Notes: a model not told the origin generated them from the sequence alone. A DNA stretch of 64,000 nt from Octopus vulgaris (GCA_951406725.2 OX597823.1:101060001-101124000); one strand, 5' to 3'; positions 27,130 to 39,088 are shown, counted from the first letter of the stretch. Numbers and translations: made by a program.

Positions 27130-27786
27130 TAACCATTTTCTGTTAGAATACACTGCTTTTGTTTCAGTTAACTTTGAATATAACAAAAGAATTTAGTAAA
27201 TCAACTTTGTCGTTATTAAGCTGGTGTTTGGAACATAAGATGAAATTTTGATGGAAGCTGTGATTTAGATCACTTTAACCCTTTTGTTACCAACCCAGCT
27301 GAAACCGGCTCTGGCACTGAGTACAAATGTTCTGAATTAAAATCTTCTACCACACCTTAGTTACAATTTATGTTCCTAACACTAGATTAATGATTATTTT
27401 ACTAAATTCTTTGTTATATTTAAAATAATTGAAAGAAAAACAGAGCATCTCAACAGAAATGTGGTAAGAAAAGGGTTAAAATATATAATAGAGAAACAAT
27501 TCTTAACCCTTTTGATACCAACCTGGCTGAAACCACCTCTGTAGTACAAATGTCTTGTTTTCATAAGTTCTGAATTAAAATCTTCCACCAAGCCTTAGTT
27601 ACAATTTATGTTCCTAAATGATAACTAAGTTATTTTACTAAATTCTTTGTTATATTTAAAGTAATCGAAAGAAACACACAGCATCTCAAAATAAATACAA
27701 TAATGAAAGGGTTAAAATAGGAAGCTTGTCACAAGAATCACAAGAACTGGGAGTGGACTAATGTGTGTTTGTATTAAAAAGGTTAA
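27130..27786. mobile_element. Nested piggyBac-like MITE cluster: young copies 27279-27475 and 27507-27711 inside an older, opposite-orientation copy
   Basis: TTAA-CCCTTT..AAAGGG-TTAA ends. The outer copy is split at a TTAA. Confidence 0.7.
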
Positions 27787-29145
27787 ATTGAAAAAGGATG
27801 ATGAAACCTTGTTGGAGAGGTGATGTGTGGGTATGAGGCATGTAACTGTTTGTCTACATGACAAGTGAGACCTGCATAACTCCACAGTTTGAATGGTGCT
27901 TATGAAGATCCTGAGATCGATACTAATCAGTCAATCCAGTAGATGGGGCCTCACAAGAGTTAGGGGCCCAGTGCACTATAAAGTTGTTGAAAGGAAGGCC
28001 CTCCAAATGGTGAATATTCTCTTCTGATGACCCCTGAAACCTACTGGTATCTGGTATGTGGAATTTTTGACTGAATGCACTTGAACAAGCAAGCTGTTTC
28101 CAATTCTTCAAAAGAACATCAAAAAAATAAAATATTGATTGTTACAAGTTCGGTATAAAAAGGAATTTATTAAAACAATTCATCATACATTCTTATGTGC
28201 AGTAGAATGAATGTCACAGAAATACAGTATCAGCATGTGTGTGTGCTTGACAGTATGTGGCTTGGGGTCGATGTAATTGACTTAATACCTATGTCTGTCC
28301 TTGTTTGTCCCCTTGTGGGTAATAAAGAAATAGGTATGTGGTTTGGTGTTTGGGTATTGGACTCATGGTTTGATTATTTCATGTTGCTCTGGTTTATTCA
28401 ACTGAAAATGAGCACCGAGTGCTGATGCAGCTCTCTTTCCCTCTAGCAGTTACAATCTTGATGTGTTGGCAGGTCAAAGGTTAAAAGGCTTGCAAGGGTG
28501 TTTGTGTCTGATTGTAACTACATAAGTACTTAAAAAATTAATGAAAGCAAGGTATATACTAGCATCATTCACAAATAAGCATTACAAGTATACTCTTTTC
28601 AGGGCCTCTGAGACTGGTAAGAAGAAAACAGGAAGTTCTGCAGAGCCTTAGACCTGGTGAGAATGCTTGCAATAAAGAGGGCTCCACTAAAAGCTGATGA
28701 GGACTAGATGGTAGTGTTAAACTTGGTGAAAGACTATATCTACTGAAATGAAGAAATACAGGAAGACAGACAATGAAAGCTTTGGGGAAAATAATAACAG
28801 CCACAAAAAGACTTTATCAGCAAAACATGTTCTGTGATTAAAAGGTATGGTATCATAAAAGATGCTATCAAAAAGGCATGGCTGTGTGGTTACGAAGATT
28901 GCCTTGTTACTCTATGGTTTTGGGTTCAGTTTCATTGTGTAGTACTTTGGACAAATGTCTTCTACTTAAAGCCCTGAGCTGACCAATGCCTAGTAAGTGA
29001 AATGTATTTTTTGAAGCGTCAAAATTTCCATCATAAAACTATGACCTGGCTACAAACAGTTCCACTGCAACAAAAAAATTTGATAAACATGTTCTGGTAT
29101 GTCTTAACCAAAAGCCTTATTAATAAAACATATAGTGTAAATAGT

Positions 29146-29301
29146 GGAGTGGCTGTGTGGTAGGTAGCTTGCTTACCAAGCACATGGTTCCAGGTTCAGT
29201 CACACTGCGTGGCACCTTGGGCAAGTGTCTTCTGCTATAGCCTCAGGCCAACCAAAGCCTTGTGAGTGGATTTGGTAGACGAAAACTGAAAGAAGCCCGT
29301 C

Positions 29302-29339
<38 letters not shown>

Positions 29340-29550
29340 GTATGTGTGTGTATATGTTTGTGTTTGTCCTCCCAACATTGCTTGACAACCAATGCAGGTG
29401 TGTTTACATCCCCGTAACTTAGCGGCTCGGCAAAAGAGACTGATAGAATAAGTACTAGGCTTCCAAAGAATAAGTCCTGGAGTTGATTTGCTCGACGAAA
29501 AGGCAGTGCTCTAGCATGGCCACAGTCAAATGATTGAAACAAGTAAAAGA
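29146..29550 (+). mobile_element. SINE family B, full-length
   Basis: Matches the reverse complement of 25840-26290. Confidence 0.88.
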
Positions 29551-30180
29551 GTGTCACAAATGGCTATCTATAAAAGTGAGGAAAAGAGTCCTTGGGGGCA
29601 TGCACAGAAGCCGTCCTCACATATTGTTGAGAGACCAGGAATATCAACAAACTAGGGCAAAAGCTAATTAGTACTGCACAGGTGTGTTTTCTTAGTAGTT
29701 ATGTTGATGGCACTCTGTGCCAATAATGTGACAAACATCCAAGGTCTTTAGACGAGCTAAAGAACAGCAAGCTCAGAAGTCTATGATGTTGAATAGATTA
29801 GATTTATTCCTTATGTAGAACAAGTTTGAAGTTTAAAAATAAAAGAGGAGGAAGTTGTCAGATTCATAACTTTTTCCTTAGGAAAGTAGTGACGTAAGCG
29901 AAGCAGCATACCTAATTCAGTGTAGGAACGAAACTGTAATTAAGGCCAATGACTTGCAGTAATTTCTTTCACAGGTGTTTAAAATAGGAAAGCAGAACCT
30001 TTAGTAAACAACATTAGGCCCTTGTTTCCGTATCGGCACAACAAAAGCCACAATGATGAGAAAGCCTCGACTAAATTTCACACTCAAATCACAGTCTGCT
30101 GCTTTCAAAGACATAGGCATTAGATAATGTAGGCCACAGTACTCTGTATGTAAAATAAAATGACGATTATAACTTGAATA

Positions 30181-30701
30181 CCGTAAATCCTCGGGTATAG
30201 TCCGCCCTTGAGTATAATACGCAGGGTATTTTTAAGGGGCTGAACCTCTGAAAAACCTAAACCATGTGTATAATACGCACCCCTTCTCTAACTTGAGTCA
30301 AGGAGGTCTATATAACGTCTTTGGTTTGTAAAACTGTATACGGTAACGTCCTTTATTATTATTGTATATATAACAAAATGCAAACGTGTAGCATTTTTGT
30401 GCATTTTGTTTGTAGAAAATAAAGAAATAACTGTAATAACAGTAATAAAGTTTAATAAATGTTGCTTACTGCAAGTTATGGATGTTTTTTTTATGACTTC
30501 ATTGCTTTCAGGCTTAGCTTAAGGTATTTTCGCGCCCGACATCACAACATGCTTCTGAATAAACATTACCAGACAGCAAATAGAGACGTGGACATTTCTT
30601 AGAAAATAATTTTCATTTCTAACCTCGTATATAGTACGCACTAGGGATTTTGACCTTTAAATTTTGGGGAAAAAATGCGGATTATACTAGAGGATTTACG
30701 G
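30181..30701. mobile_element. pogo/Tigger-like MITE
   Basis: TIRs CCGTAAATCCTCGGGTATAGTCCGC and GCGGATTATACTAGAGGATTTACGG, TA on both sides. Confidence 0.85.
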
Positions 30702-31343
30702 TACCTTTGATCGTAAGACTGCTATTGTGCACCTGGTTGAAGGCTCGATGTATGTTTGTATGTATTCAAACTCGCATTTGGGGTAGGAGAAAACAAAGCA
30801 ATTAATTTATTTACATTTGTTCTAACTTCACAAAAGCTAATGGACCGCTCCACTGCTGTTTACCAGGCACACACACAAACACACATAATATGATACGAAA
30901 TATATTTGACTTTGCATTTCGTATTGTATTCTTTATTTATACTATTTCATTACTGTATACCGTGAATATTCATATATATATAAAATAAAAAGAAATTAAT
31001 CGAAACTTGTATACATCCGATACAGTTGCCTAAATTTCCCATAAATTTTTATGTACTATTCATTTTAATATGTTTTACATACCTCACTTCTATGTGCACA
31101 TCATACACACACACACACACACACACGTGTGCGTGTTATAGCGAAGGAGCGAGGCTCCACCTATACAATCGTTCCACCTGTTAGAAACAACAGTTTAATC
31201 CCTCTCGTATTACTCCTATATTGCACTCAGGACCATATTATTGAATGTGGTCCGGCATGCACAGTGCCATAGCAAAAGACTGGGAGGAATGGCTTTGGTG
31301 ATAATAATGGCACAATAGGGGCTGACTTCGGATTAAACAACAG

Positions 31344-31386
<43 letters not shown>

Positions 31387-32099
31387 AGTGTGTGTATAAA
31401 ATAAAGCTGTTGATGATTAGAAAAGGAACTGGTGTTGTTTAACCAGTTCTGATCTTCGAGACCGATGGTCATAGATGCAACTGGGTCACATCAACAGTTG
31501 GGTCATTTCTGAGGAGCCAACTCAGTAATCTTATTATATCCAAAGCGGTTGCTCGACTTGCTAGCGAAAAGCAGCCAAATTTCCCTCAAACCACACCCTG
31601 CAAGGAAAGACCTGTTGTAAACTGAAGATATTTACAGAAGGTAACGAGGAAATCACTTAATATAAGATTTAAAAAATAACGAAATATAAAATACGTGTTA
31701 TTTACATTAAGAAAAAGCAAACCGTAAATTAGTAGCAATAATAAGGCGTTTCTAGTATAGTACGTGTGTATGCCGTATTTTGTCAGACATTCTGTGAAAC
31801 TTTGTTACAATGAAACGGTATAGAGCACGGACTCACAGCTATAGTTTTAAAGAAACTAAAGAACTAAATATAAGCTGATTAACAAAAGTTAAGGTGTGAA
31901 AACATTGTTTAATATTCGGCCGAAAAGTCAGGTGTCGTTCACAATAGCAATTCACAGTAGAGTCCGCCATAGCAAATACAGAATCACACGGTGACCTAAT
32001 TATAAAAAGCTAAAGAAAAGAAAGGAAGAGTACATAACATACACTCTCTCACTTCTTAAGGTACTGCAAATCGTATAAATACTTAAAAATTACACTTAC

Positions 32100-32104
32100 C
32101 TCAT
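32100..32104 (-). CDS. Putative first coding exon (ATG AG) of an unidentified spliced gene
   Basis: Minus strand reads TTCAAT-ATG-AG|GTAAGTG: A at -3, perfect donor, first in-frame ATG after an upstream TAA (about 32258). Phase 2 matches the exon at 12604. It lies near the CpG-rich to CpG-poor transition. Confidence 0.6.
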
Positions 32105-32480
32105 ATTGAAAATAATGTCCGAAGCGTTAAAATATGTATTAGGGAGACGAAAAAACACCTCAGGTAGCCAAGTGATGTTTAAAAAAAAACATGAAGTAGA
32201 TAAGATATGTAAATAAATAAAGTCAGGCAACCATCCCACCTGTATTAATAAATTCTTTTAGCATGGGTTCCGGTGAATGGGAAGTAGGTGTCACCTGTAA
32301 TTAGAACAGACAACACCCGGATATATATATTCTCGACGCAGTCGTTGCCTCGAAATTAAACATTCTATTATACATATATCAATCTATCAATCTATGCCTT
32401 TTCAAACAAAATAGCCATTGTTTTCTGACATATTCGTTCGGTCTTTGAAGCAGGCTGCGACACGTTAGTAAACCTGACAT
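32105..32480 (-). promoter_or_regulatory. Putative 5' UTR and promoter of the minus-strand gene
   Basis: Unique, CpG-retaining sequence directly upstream of the start exon, with several CAGGTG/CACCT motifs. The TSS cannot be placed. Confidence 0.35.
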
Positions 32481-33255
32481 GCCACAAATGACATTAATTA
32501 TTATATGTCATAGAGAAACACTAAGGCTTCTGAATTAAAAGTTTTCGGCATAAAGGTGAAACTGCACATTTATTTATTTATTTGCTGTCGAGTTGCGTGT
32601 GCACAGTTACTTACGCTTGCATGTATGTACATATGTATAGATGTTCTCTTCCTCTTTTTCATTTAAGAGTGAATTTTGAACGGTCACCCGCTTGGTAGCA
32701 GGGTCACGAAGGAAAGCCTCTGGCTTTCTTCATTCTTTAAATTTTAGGAAGATCTTGCAGATTTTTATAGTCCTAGATATTGTGATAATTTGTAATGTGT
32801 GAATTAAGGAGTTGCGTTCTTTCCCTAAGAACGTATGTATGTATGTATGTATGTATGTATGCTAGGAACTTTTAATAAAGCTAAGTCAATACATGCTTAA
32901 CACAATATATGGTTTTATGTATTCCCGGACAGTGCATAGTAAAACCATATATATATATTCAACGGTGTTGCCCCAGCATGGCCGCAGCTTTCGGGCTGAA
33001 ACATTTTTTATACATACATATATATATACATATATATATACATATTGTTACACATTCATATCTGTGTGTTTGCGTTTGCCAAACTACTCCCTACTCTTGG
33101 CACTATTTGTTAGCGAACAATACAAACTGTGTGTTAAGTAAACGATGTATCACTACACCAATGTGTCGTCCATGTAAATAACGTCAATAAACACGTTAAA
33201 CATAACAATGGTTTTCAACTGGTTGTCTTTCCTGATACAGCAAACTACACGCATA

Positions 33256-33298
<43 letters not shown>

Positions 33299-33580
33299 GT
33301 TAATTCGAGGAAGTTAAGTCCTCATTAGGGATTATATAATCCAAGGTATTCCACTGGTTCAGTCCGTATCATATAATGGTAAAGTCATGTGTATATGTTT
33401 AGGATTATTGAAATTATTAATATGGAGGGGAAAGCAAGTAGAATAAAATGGAGAGTGAATGGATGTGATTACTGATTTATTTGCATGTTGTAGAAAGATG
33501 AGGGTTTTTTTTTAAAGAAACATTACACATAAATTGGAAGTTGAAAGCTCAAAAAAGTTAAGAAAAAAAAAACGTAAGAA

Positions 33581-33696
33581 GAACCTACATATATGTTTCT
33601 GTCAAACCAATAAGCAGCTAGAAATTTCCAAACATGTTTAATGTCAAGAAAATTGCCACATTCATACTATTTTATGGTTGGATTTCTTCAGAGTTC
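33581..33696 (-). ncRNA. Type I hammerhead-like ribozyme with a long, degenerate stem II
   Basis: gaact-CTGAAGA-(about 85 nt)-GAAA-CATATATG-TA-ggttc, with palindromic stem III. Confidence 0.55.
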
Positions 33697-34204
33697 AAAA
33701 AGAGTGAACCCTGTTATGTTTTTTTTTAAACAACGTCATCTTTCCCCAACATGCAAATAAATCAGTAATTATATCCATTTATTCTCCATTTTCTTCTACT
33801 TGTTTTCCTCTCTCATTCTCTCTCTCTCCCTCCCCCTCTCTCTATTTATATATATAATATAAATTTATGCATATACACATACATATGTGTAACGGCGGTG
33901 CATCAGCATGGCCATAGCTCTGAGCTGAAACTAGAGAAAAAAAATACCTACATAAAAAAAACGTTGAACACAATAAGAAACGAAAACATAAAAACGAAAA
34001 CATAGAAACGAACTTTTTTTCGAACAACGAAAAAAAGAAAACCCAGAGAAACGAGACATACAACATAAAGAACATTCTTCAGTTGTCCCTGTTTCATCTA
34101 CTCCACGATCGAAGGCAATGAAACGTGGAGTAGACGAAACAGGGACAACTGAAGAAGGGGAATATTTTTTATGTTGTATGTCTCGTTTCTCTGTTTTTTT
34201 GTTT

Positions 34205-34562
34205 TCGAATTTAGAAATAGAAGTTAAAAATTCCTTTTCTACTACCGTAAGAATATCCCCGACAGTAACACTAATTTTTTTACGCAGGCAAAGAGAAAAA
34301 TAAGGAATCAACACGACTCCGATTAGCCACAGATGCGTTTCGAGATTAAAGTGTTTAATTACTTACTTCATCAGTGTAGCATTTCCAATATAAAATTTGA
34401 AAATGCTAGGGTTAAATATGCACACGATCGAGCGACATTGTGCAACAGATATCTAACAAACACTTCCAAAATTTACACAACCTACGTAAAAAAGTGTGTT
34501 TCTGTCTGGGAGATTCTTACGGTAATAGAAAAAGAATTTTTAACTCCTATTTCTAAATTCGG
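34205..34562. mobile_element. MITE with about 85-bp imperfect TIRs
   Basis: CGAATTTAGAAATAGAAGTTAAAAATTC... and ...GAATTTTTAACTCCTATTTCTAAATTCGG-TA. Confidence 0.75.
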
Positions 34563-34812
34563 TATGTGGTGTAGCAATTAGCTGACCCCTAGTCATAATT
34601 ATGTTTATAATTATAGAATATTTGTATAAAGCTATAAAGGTTATTTTAACGTACCGATCTACTTGGTAAAATGATTAATTAATTGATTGATTAATTAATT
34701 AAATTAATTAATTTAACCCTTTTATTATTAATTTGAAATATATATATATATATATAATATATGTATGCGTATGTATGCATACATACATATATCTATACAT
34801 ACATATATACAT

Positions 34813-34867
<55 letters not shown>

Positions 34868-34870
<3 letters not shown>

Positions 34871-36300
34871 GGAGTAAACACATAAATGTGAAACAAGGTG
34901 GAAAAAAGAGTACTCAAATACCAGTGGTAGAGTAATATGCTTTATTTTAAGCAGCAGAAAATTCAACAAAATCTGTTACTCTGAGTTTCTCGTTGCCGTT
35001 CATCAGACAGTTTTTGCTAGAATGGAACATATATATTAATTCAATCTATACTCTTACAAACGCTACATATTTAAACAGAAATGGACTTGTTTGATTGGCC
35101 CTTTAGAAAAAACGGTCAATCTTCGAGCGATAAACAAAAGGTCAAAAATATATGTATATATATATAAAAAAACTTATAAAAATTATAAAATCCGAGGAAA
35201 AAACCGAGGAAAAAACCTATTGCCGTTAATGAAGACAGTACAAATTAATGCATAGAAATTAAACCTGTTATAAATACTGCAATACATATTTATATTAAAA
35301 TCCACATATATATATCAACATACACAAAAGGATGCGCGTAAACGCCATACATACATATACAGACGTATGAATATGAATCTAAATTATACACATAAAAGCA
35401 TGTGTACATATATTCACGCAAACCGTCTCGCACGCAAGCTAAAATTCATCTATGTAGCAATTCTCATATACTGAGCAAGGAGGGGGAACGAAAGAAAGGG
35501 AAAGAGAGAAAAAGGAACGAAGGAGGGGTGGGGAAAAAACTTGTAGCGATATTATTGCCATCTATAGAGGCCAGTATACATACACAAGTTTGAATTGATA
35601 CATATACATACCGTCGTGTGTATGCGTGCTTAAGCACAAGCATACTTTCACTTACACATACACAGATACGCATGCTTACAAATACATATGCTTTGCTATA
35701 CACAAACTTATATAAACATTCTAAATTTGACAACATTGCTTTTTTTTAAAAAAAAAACATTGCTTTTAAAAAATGGGTGCATTAATAAAAATATATACGA
35801 AAGACATATAAAATAAAATATAACATCCTATTTCGGGTCATTTATAAATAATCAAGGTAATATAAATAATCAAGGTAATCTTATGCAATACAATAACATG
35901 AAAACAAAGTTTGTAGGTTTTTCCTAATATATATGTAGAAACAATAAGACTTTGCTATAGGTCCGTCGTAGCGCTCAAAAGTCAAAATCAAAATCAAAAA
36001 ATCAAAATACAAAATATATACTCTATCCATATGGTATATTTATATTCGACATTTTAAATTTAGCCGTGTGCCTACATAAGTTCATTAATTCACTTCTTTG
36101 ATTCAAAGAATTATTGTCTTTGAATAATATGTGCATTTTTTCTAATAAGCAAAGCCTGCACTTGAAATTATATTTGTAAGCTCCATGCCTGTATGGTGCC
36201 GCCCTGTCCAGAATGCTCCATGTCACGTTGAAAGGTGGGGCTTCCTTTTCTTTTAGTTCCCAGACATATTTTGCTAGGCTGGTTTTCTTTCTATTCTCTG
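34868..36300 (-). mobile_element. 5'-truncated PLE: GIY-YIG C-terminus (36023-36290) plus long 3' UTR/pLTR
   Basis: KTSLAKYVWELKEK..VTWSILDRAAPY..CRLCLLEKMHIL..LNQRSELMNLCRH, with a hammerhead near the 3' end. Confidence 0.85.
34973..35010 (-). ncRNA. Minimal type I hammerhead ribozyme (PLE type)
   Basis: ctgt-CTGATGA-acg(gcaa)cga-GAAA-ctc(a)gag-TA-acag. Core intact, GUA cleavage triplet, A-A mismatch at the base of stem II. Confidence 0.75.
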
Positions 36301-36359
36301 GGTATTTTTCGATATCGTGTACATGAATCTGACGGATCTCTTCGAAGAAATTCTGTCAT

Positions 36360-36830
36360 TTTACCTTGAGCAAACCCTTCCTCTTCCTTCAGAGTCTTGA
36401 TTAATTTCCAAATATTTAAATGTGCTCCAACCGCTGAAGGCTTTATCGCAGAATGAAAACAATCCGCAGCATTATTTGTTCTAGGGAGATTTTGAAGAAT
36501 ACACTGATTAACATTTCAAACAGCTATCAGGAATGTAGCACCAAGTCCTCTCACAATGTCTATGTAAGTCAAGTCGAAGTAAGCGATAAATTCTGCAGGT
36601 ATTTCTTCATTGTCTATTAATTCTTCATAGGCATCTTCGGCATCTTCAACGGGTAGGAAGGCTAATGCCGAAAAACATCGAATTTTAAGACAGAATCCAG
36701 TGTCTTTACTGTATTTTTCTTTGAGGCCTAAATCTGTAATTTTTCGAAATACTGATTGGCTCGAATGAAGCAAACATGCCGCAATGGATGGATTAGGGAA
36801 TGATGAATTAAATGCCTTATGAACTGCAAC
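36360..36830 (-). mobile_element. MULE (Mutator-like) transposase fragment, pseudogenised
   Basis: AFNSSFPNPSIAACLLHSSQSVFRKITDLGLKEKY..ALAFLPVEDAEDAYEEL..YFDLTYI..PRTNNAADCFH..HLNIWKLIKTLKEEE. Confidence 0.88.
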
Positions 36831-37090
36831 AACACCATATGTATATATGGTGTATGTACATACATATGTATGTATGTATATGTGTGTGTGTATACATGTA
36901 TATATATATATATATATATACATATATATATGGAGTGGCTGTGTGGTAAGTAGCTTGTTTACCAACCACATGGTTCCGGGTTCAGTCCCACTGCGTGGCA
37001 CCTTAGGCAAGTGTCTTCTACAATAGCCCCGGACCGACCAATGCCTTGTGAGTGGATTTGGTAGACGGAAACTGAAAGAAGCCTGTCGTA

Positions 37091-37155
<65 letters not shown>

Positions 37156-37185
37156 GAGTTAACGCAGGTTTAAACAAGTATTTTT

Positions 37186-37272
37186 ACTTTCTACATATGT
37201 TTCGAAAATTCCACTGATACTTATTCAAAAGAATAAAAGGTATAAACAATGCAATCTTCTCTTCGGGAAAGT
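37186..37272 (-). ncRNA. Type I hammerhead-like ribozyme, U4C core variant, long stem-II loop
   Basis: actttc-CCGAAGA-gaagatt..aattttc-GAAA-CATATG-TA-gaaagt. All three stems pair. Confidence 0.7.
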
Positions 37273-37473
37273 GAAAAAACGAAACTCGTCAATACGACAT
37301 TTTAGCAAAAAAATGATGGATTCGTATAGCGATAGACAGAACGCTATTAATATTGTTTAAAAAAACGTTATATGATATAACGTCATAAGTAGCTAACAGA
37401 AAGAGTAGGGATATTAATAGTGAATGTTAAATATAAAGGAAATTAAAGTTTAAACTATATATAATGATAGAGA

Positions 37474-38842
37474 CTACTTATATGCACTAAAAGTATGTTT
37501 CTGCCAATGCTTACATCTGTATGCTCGTTCTATAACCGTGTTTACTAGAGTATTTTTAGAAAAAATAATGAAAAATAGCTCAGAATTGCAGAGAAGACAG
37601 AATTTCTTGCCTTTGTCATATGGTATCGAAATTGAGAGGATCAACCATTCTAAATGAAATTGTTCATTGTGGTCTTTTAAATCCCAAATCAGTTTGCTGA
37701 GACCGGTACTATTCCGTTTATTTCTATCCCTAAATGTTGAGTAATGGATAGAAATTCTTTTAGATAACTCTAACGATGTGCTTCCAATGTAAAATCGTAC
37801 TTTATTACGAGTACTGATTATACACTGGTATATAGAATTTTTAATCTTAGAGTTACTTGACATAAATTTAATTCTATTGGAATTGACTTCAGATACAATA
37901 ACCTTGTTATTAATATTTCTAGAGGGTTGGATGGTATTAGCTAAATTAATGTTAGTATTAGTAAATGTATTAATATTTAACAGTTTGTTATTATGAGAAG
38001 ATATAATTTGCAAGAGATTTTTTGTGTTTGAAAAACCTATCCTAACCTTATGTGAATTAATTATAGAGTAATATCTAGAATTGTTTGGAAAATTCCTAGC
38101 AATAGCTTGACGAAACAGCAGTGGGAGATTAGATTTAATTTGTCTCCCGTAAGGAATTATTAACCAAATATTTTTACTAGTATTCATAGCGTAATTACTT
38201 TTGAAGGTGTTATATTTACTTTTAGATCGGTAATAGGGGAATAAATAAGGGTTATCTGCCTTCATTCGCTTTGTATCGGTGCGTAAGTTATGTTTGTTAT
38301 CAATAATTCTTTTACGACTAGAAATCTTATCTACATTATTGAATTTACAATTAGACTGAGCAGAATCAATGTAGAAAATTTTTTCTGTATAACCTGCTTT
38401 GATTAAGGCAGAGTTATAGAATTCAGCGTTATTATTGAAAATATCAACATTAGCAGATAATTTAGATAATCTAAATGAAATATTCTTAACTAAATTCTTA
38501 GTAATTGCTCCAGGATGATTACTAAATTTGCTAATGTACTTAAGATTGGTCAACGGTTTATGATATGGGAAGTAAGAGTCACTGTGTAAATTAAGCGTAA
38601 TATCTAAAAAGTTGGCCTTCGTCAGATCGTCATCAAAAACGATTTTTAAGCCCATTCTACTGAAAAAAATTAACTAAACTATTCTTAACTTTTTGTACCT
38701 TTTGGTTGGAAACATTTTGGAGGTAAAGTAAACAATCATCACGATATAGACCCCCATAAATGTTAGGGAACTCTTCAGCCATTTCAAAAAGAATATATAT
38801 ACAGACCAAATCAGCTATCTGTGCTGAATCAGAACTTCCCAT
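37474..38842 (-). pseudogene. PLE RT C-terminal half plus GIY-YIG endonuclease, broken by one frameshift/stop near 38656
   Basis: MGSSDSAQIADLVCIYIL..GLYRDDCL..NFLDITLNL..PYHKP..SNHP; SIYQC..FYIGST..LSKLIWDLK..CLLCNSE. Confidence 0.92.
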
Positions 38843-39041
38843 TGGTATATCGAAACTATATTGTTTAAACCTGCGTTAACTCCATTTTTTATTCATATTA
38901 TTCAAAATATTCAACGTAAACACGAAGTTTCAACCTTTATAAACAAGGAGTTACAACATCTTTACTTGTGAGATTTTTGCTGCCCTGGTAACTATTTATA
39001 TATTTGTCCGTGTTAATTGTTAACAAGTTAAAATACACTCA

Positions 39042-39088
<47 letters not shown>

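Larger units (their letters stand above)
37151..39042 (-). mobile_element. 5'-truncated Penelope-like element (YRDD-type RT, possibly Nematis-like) with an inverted pLTR tail at 38861-39042
   Basis: RT plus GIY-YIG coding region, hammerhead at 37186-37272. 37151-37177 is inverted at 38861-38887. Confidence 0.9.

Noticed and set aside
27923-28111. 62-aa ORF with a hint of a CR1/L2 RT tail (FQQLYSAL..VRPHL)
   Set aside because: Too short and decayed to call. Not a host exon.
34118-34160. GAAAC and CTGAAGA words suggesting a hammerhead
   Set aside because: Stems I and III do not pair in any permutation.
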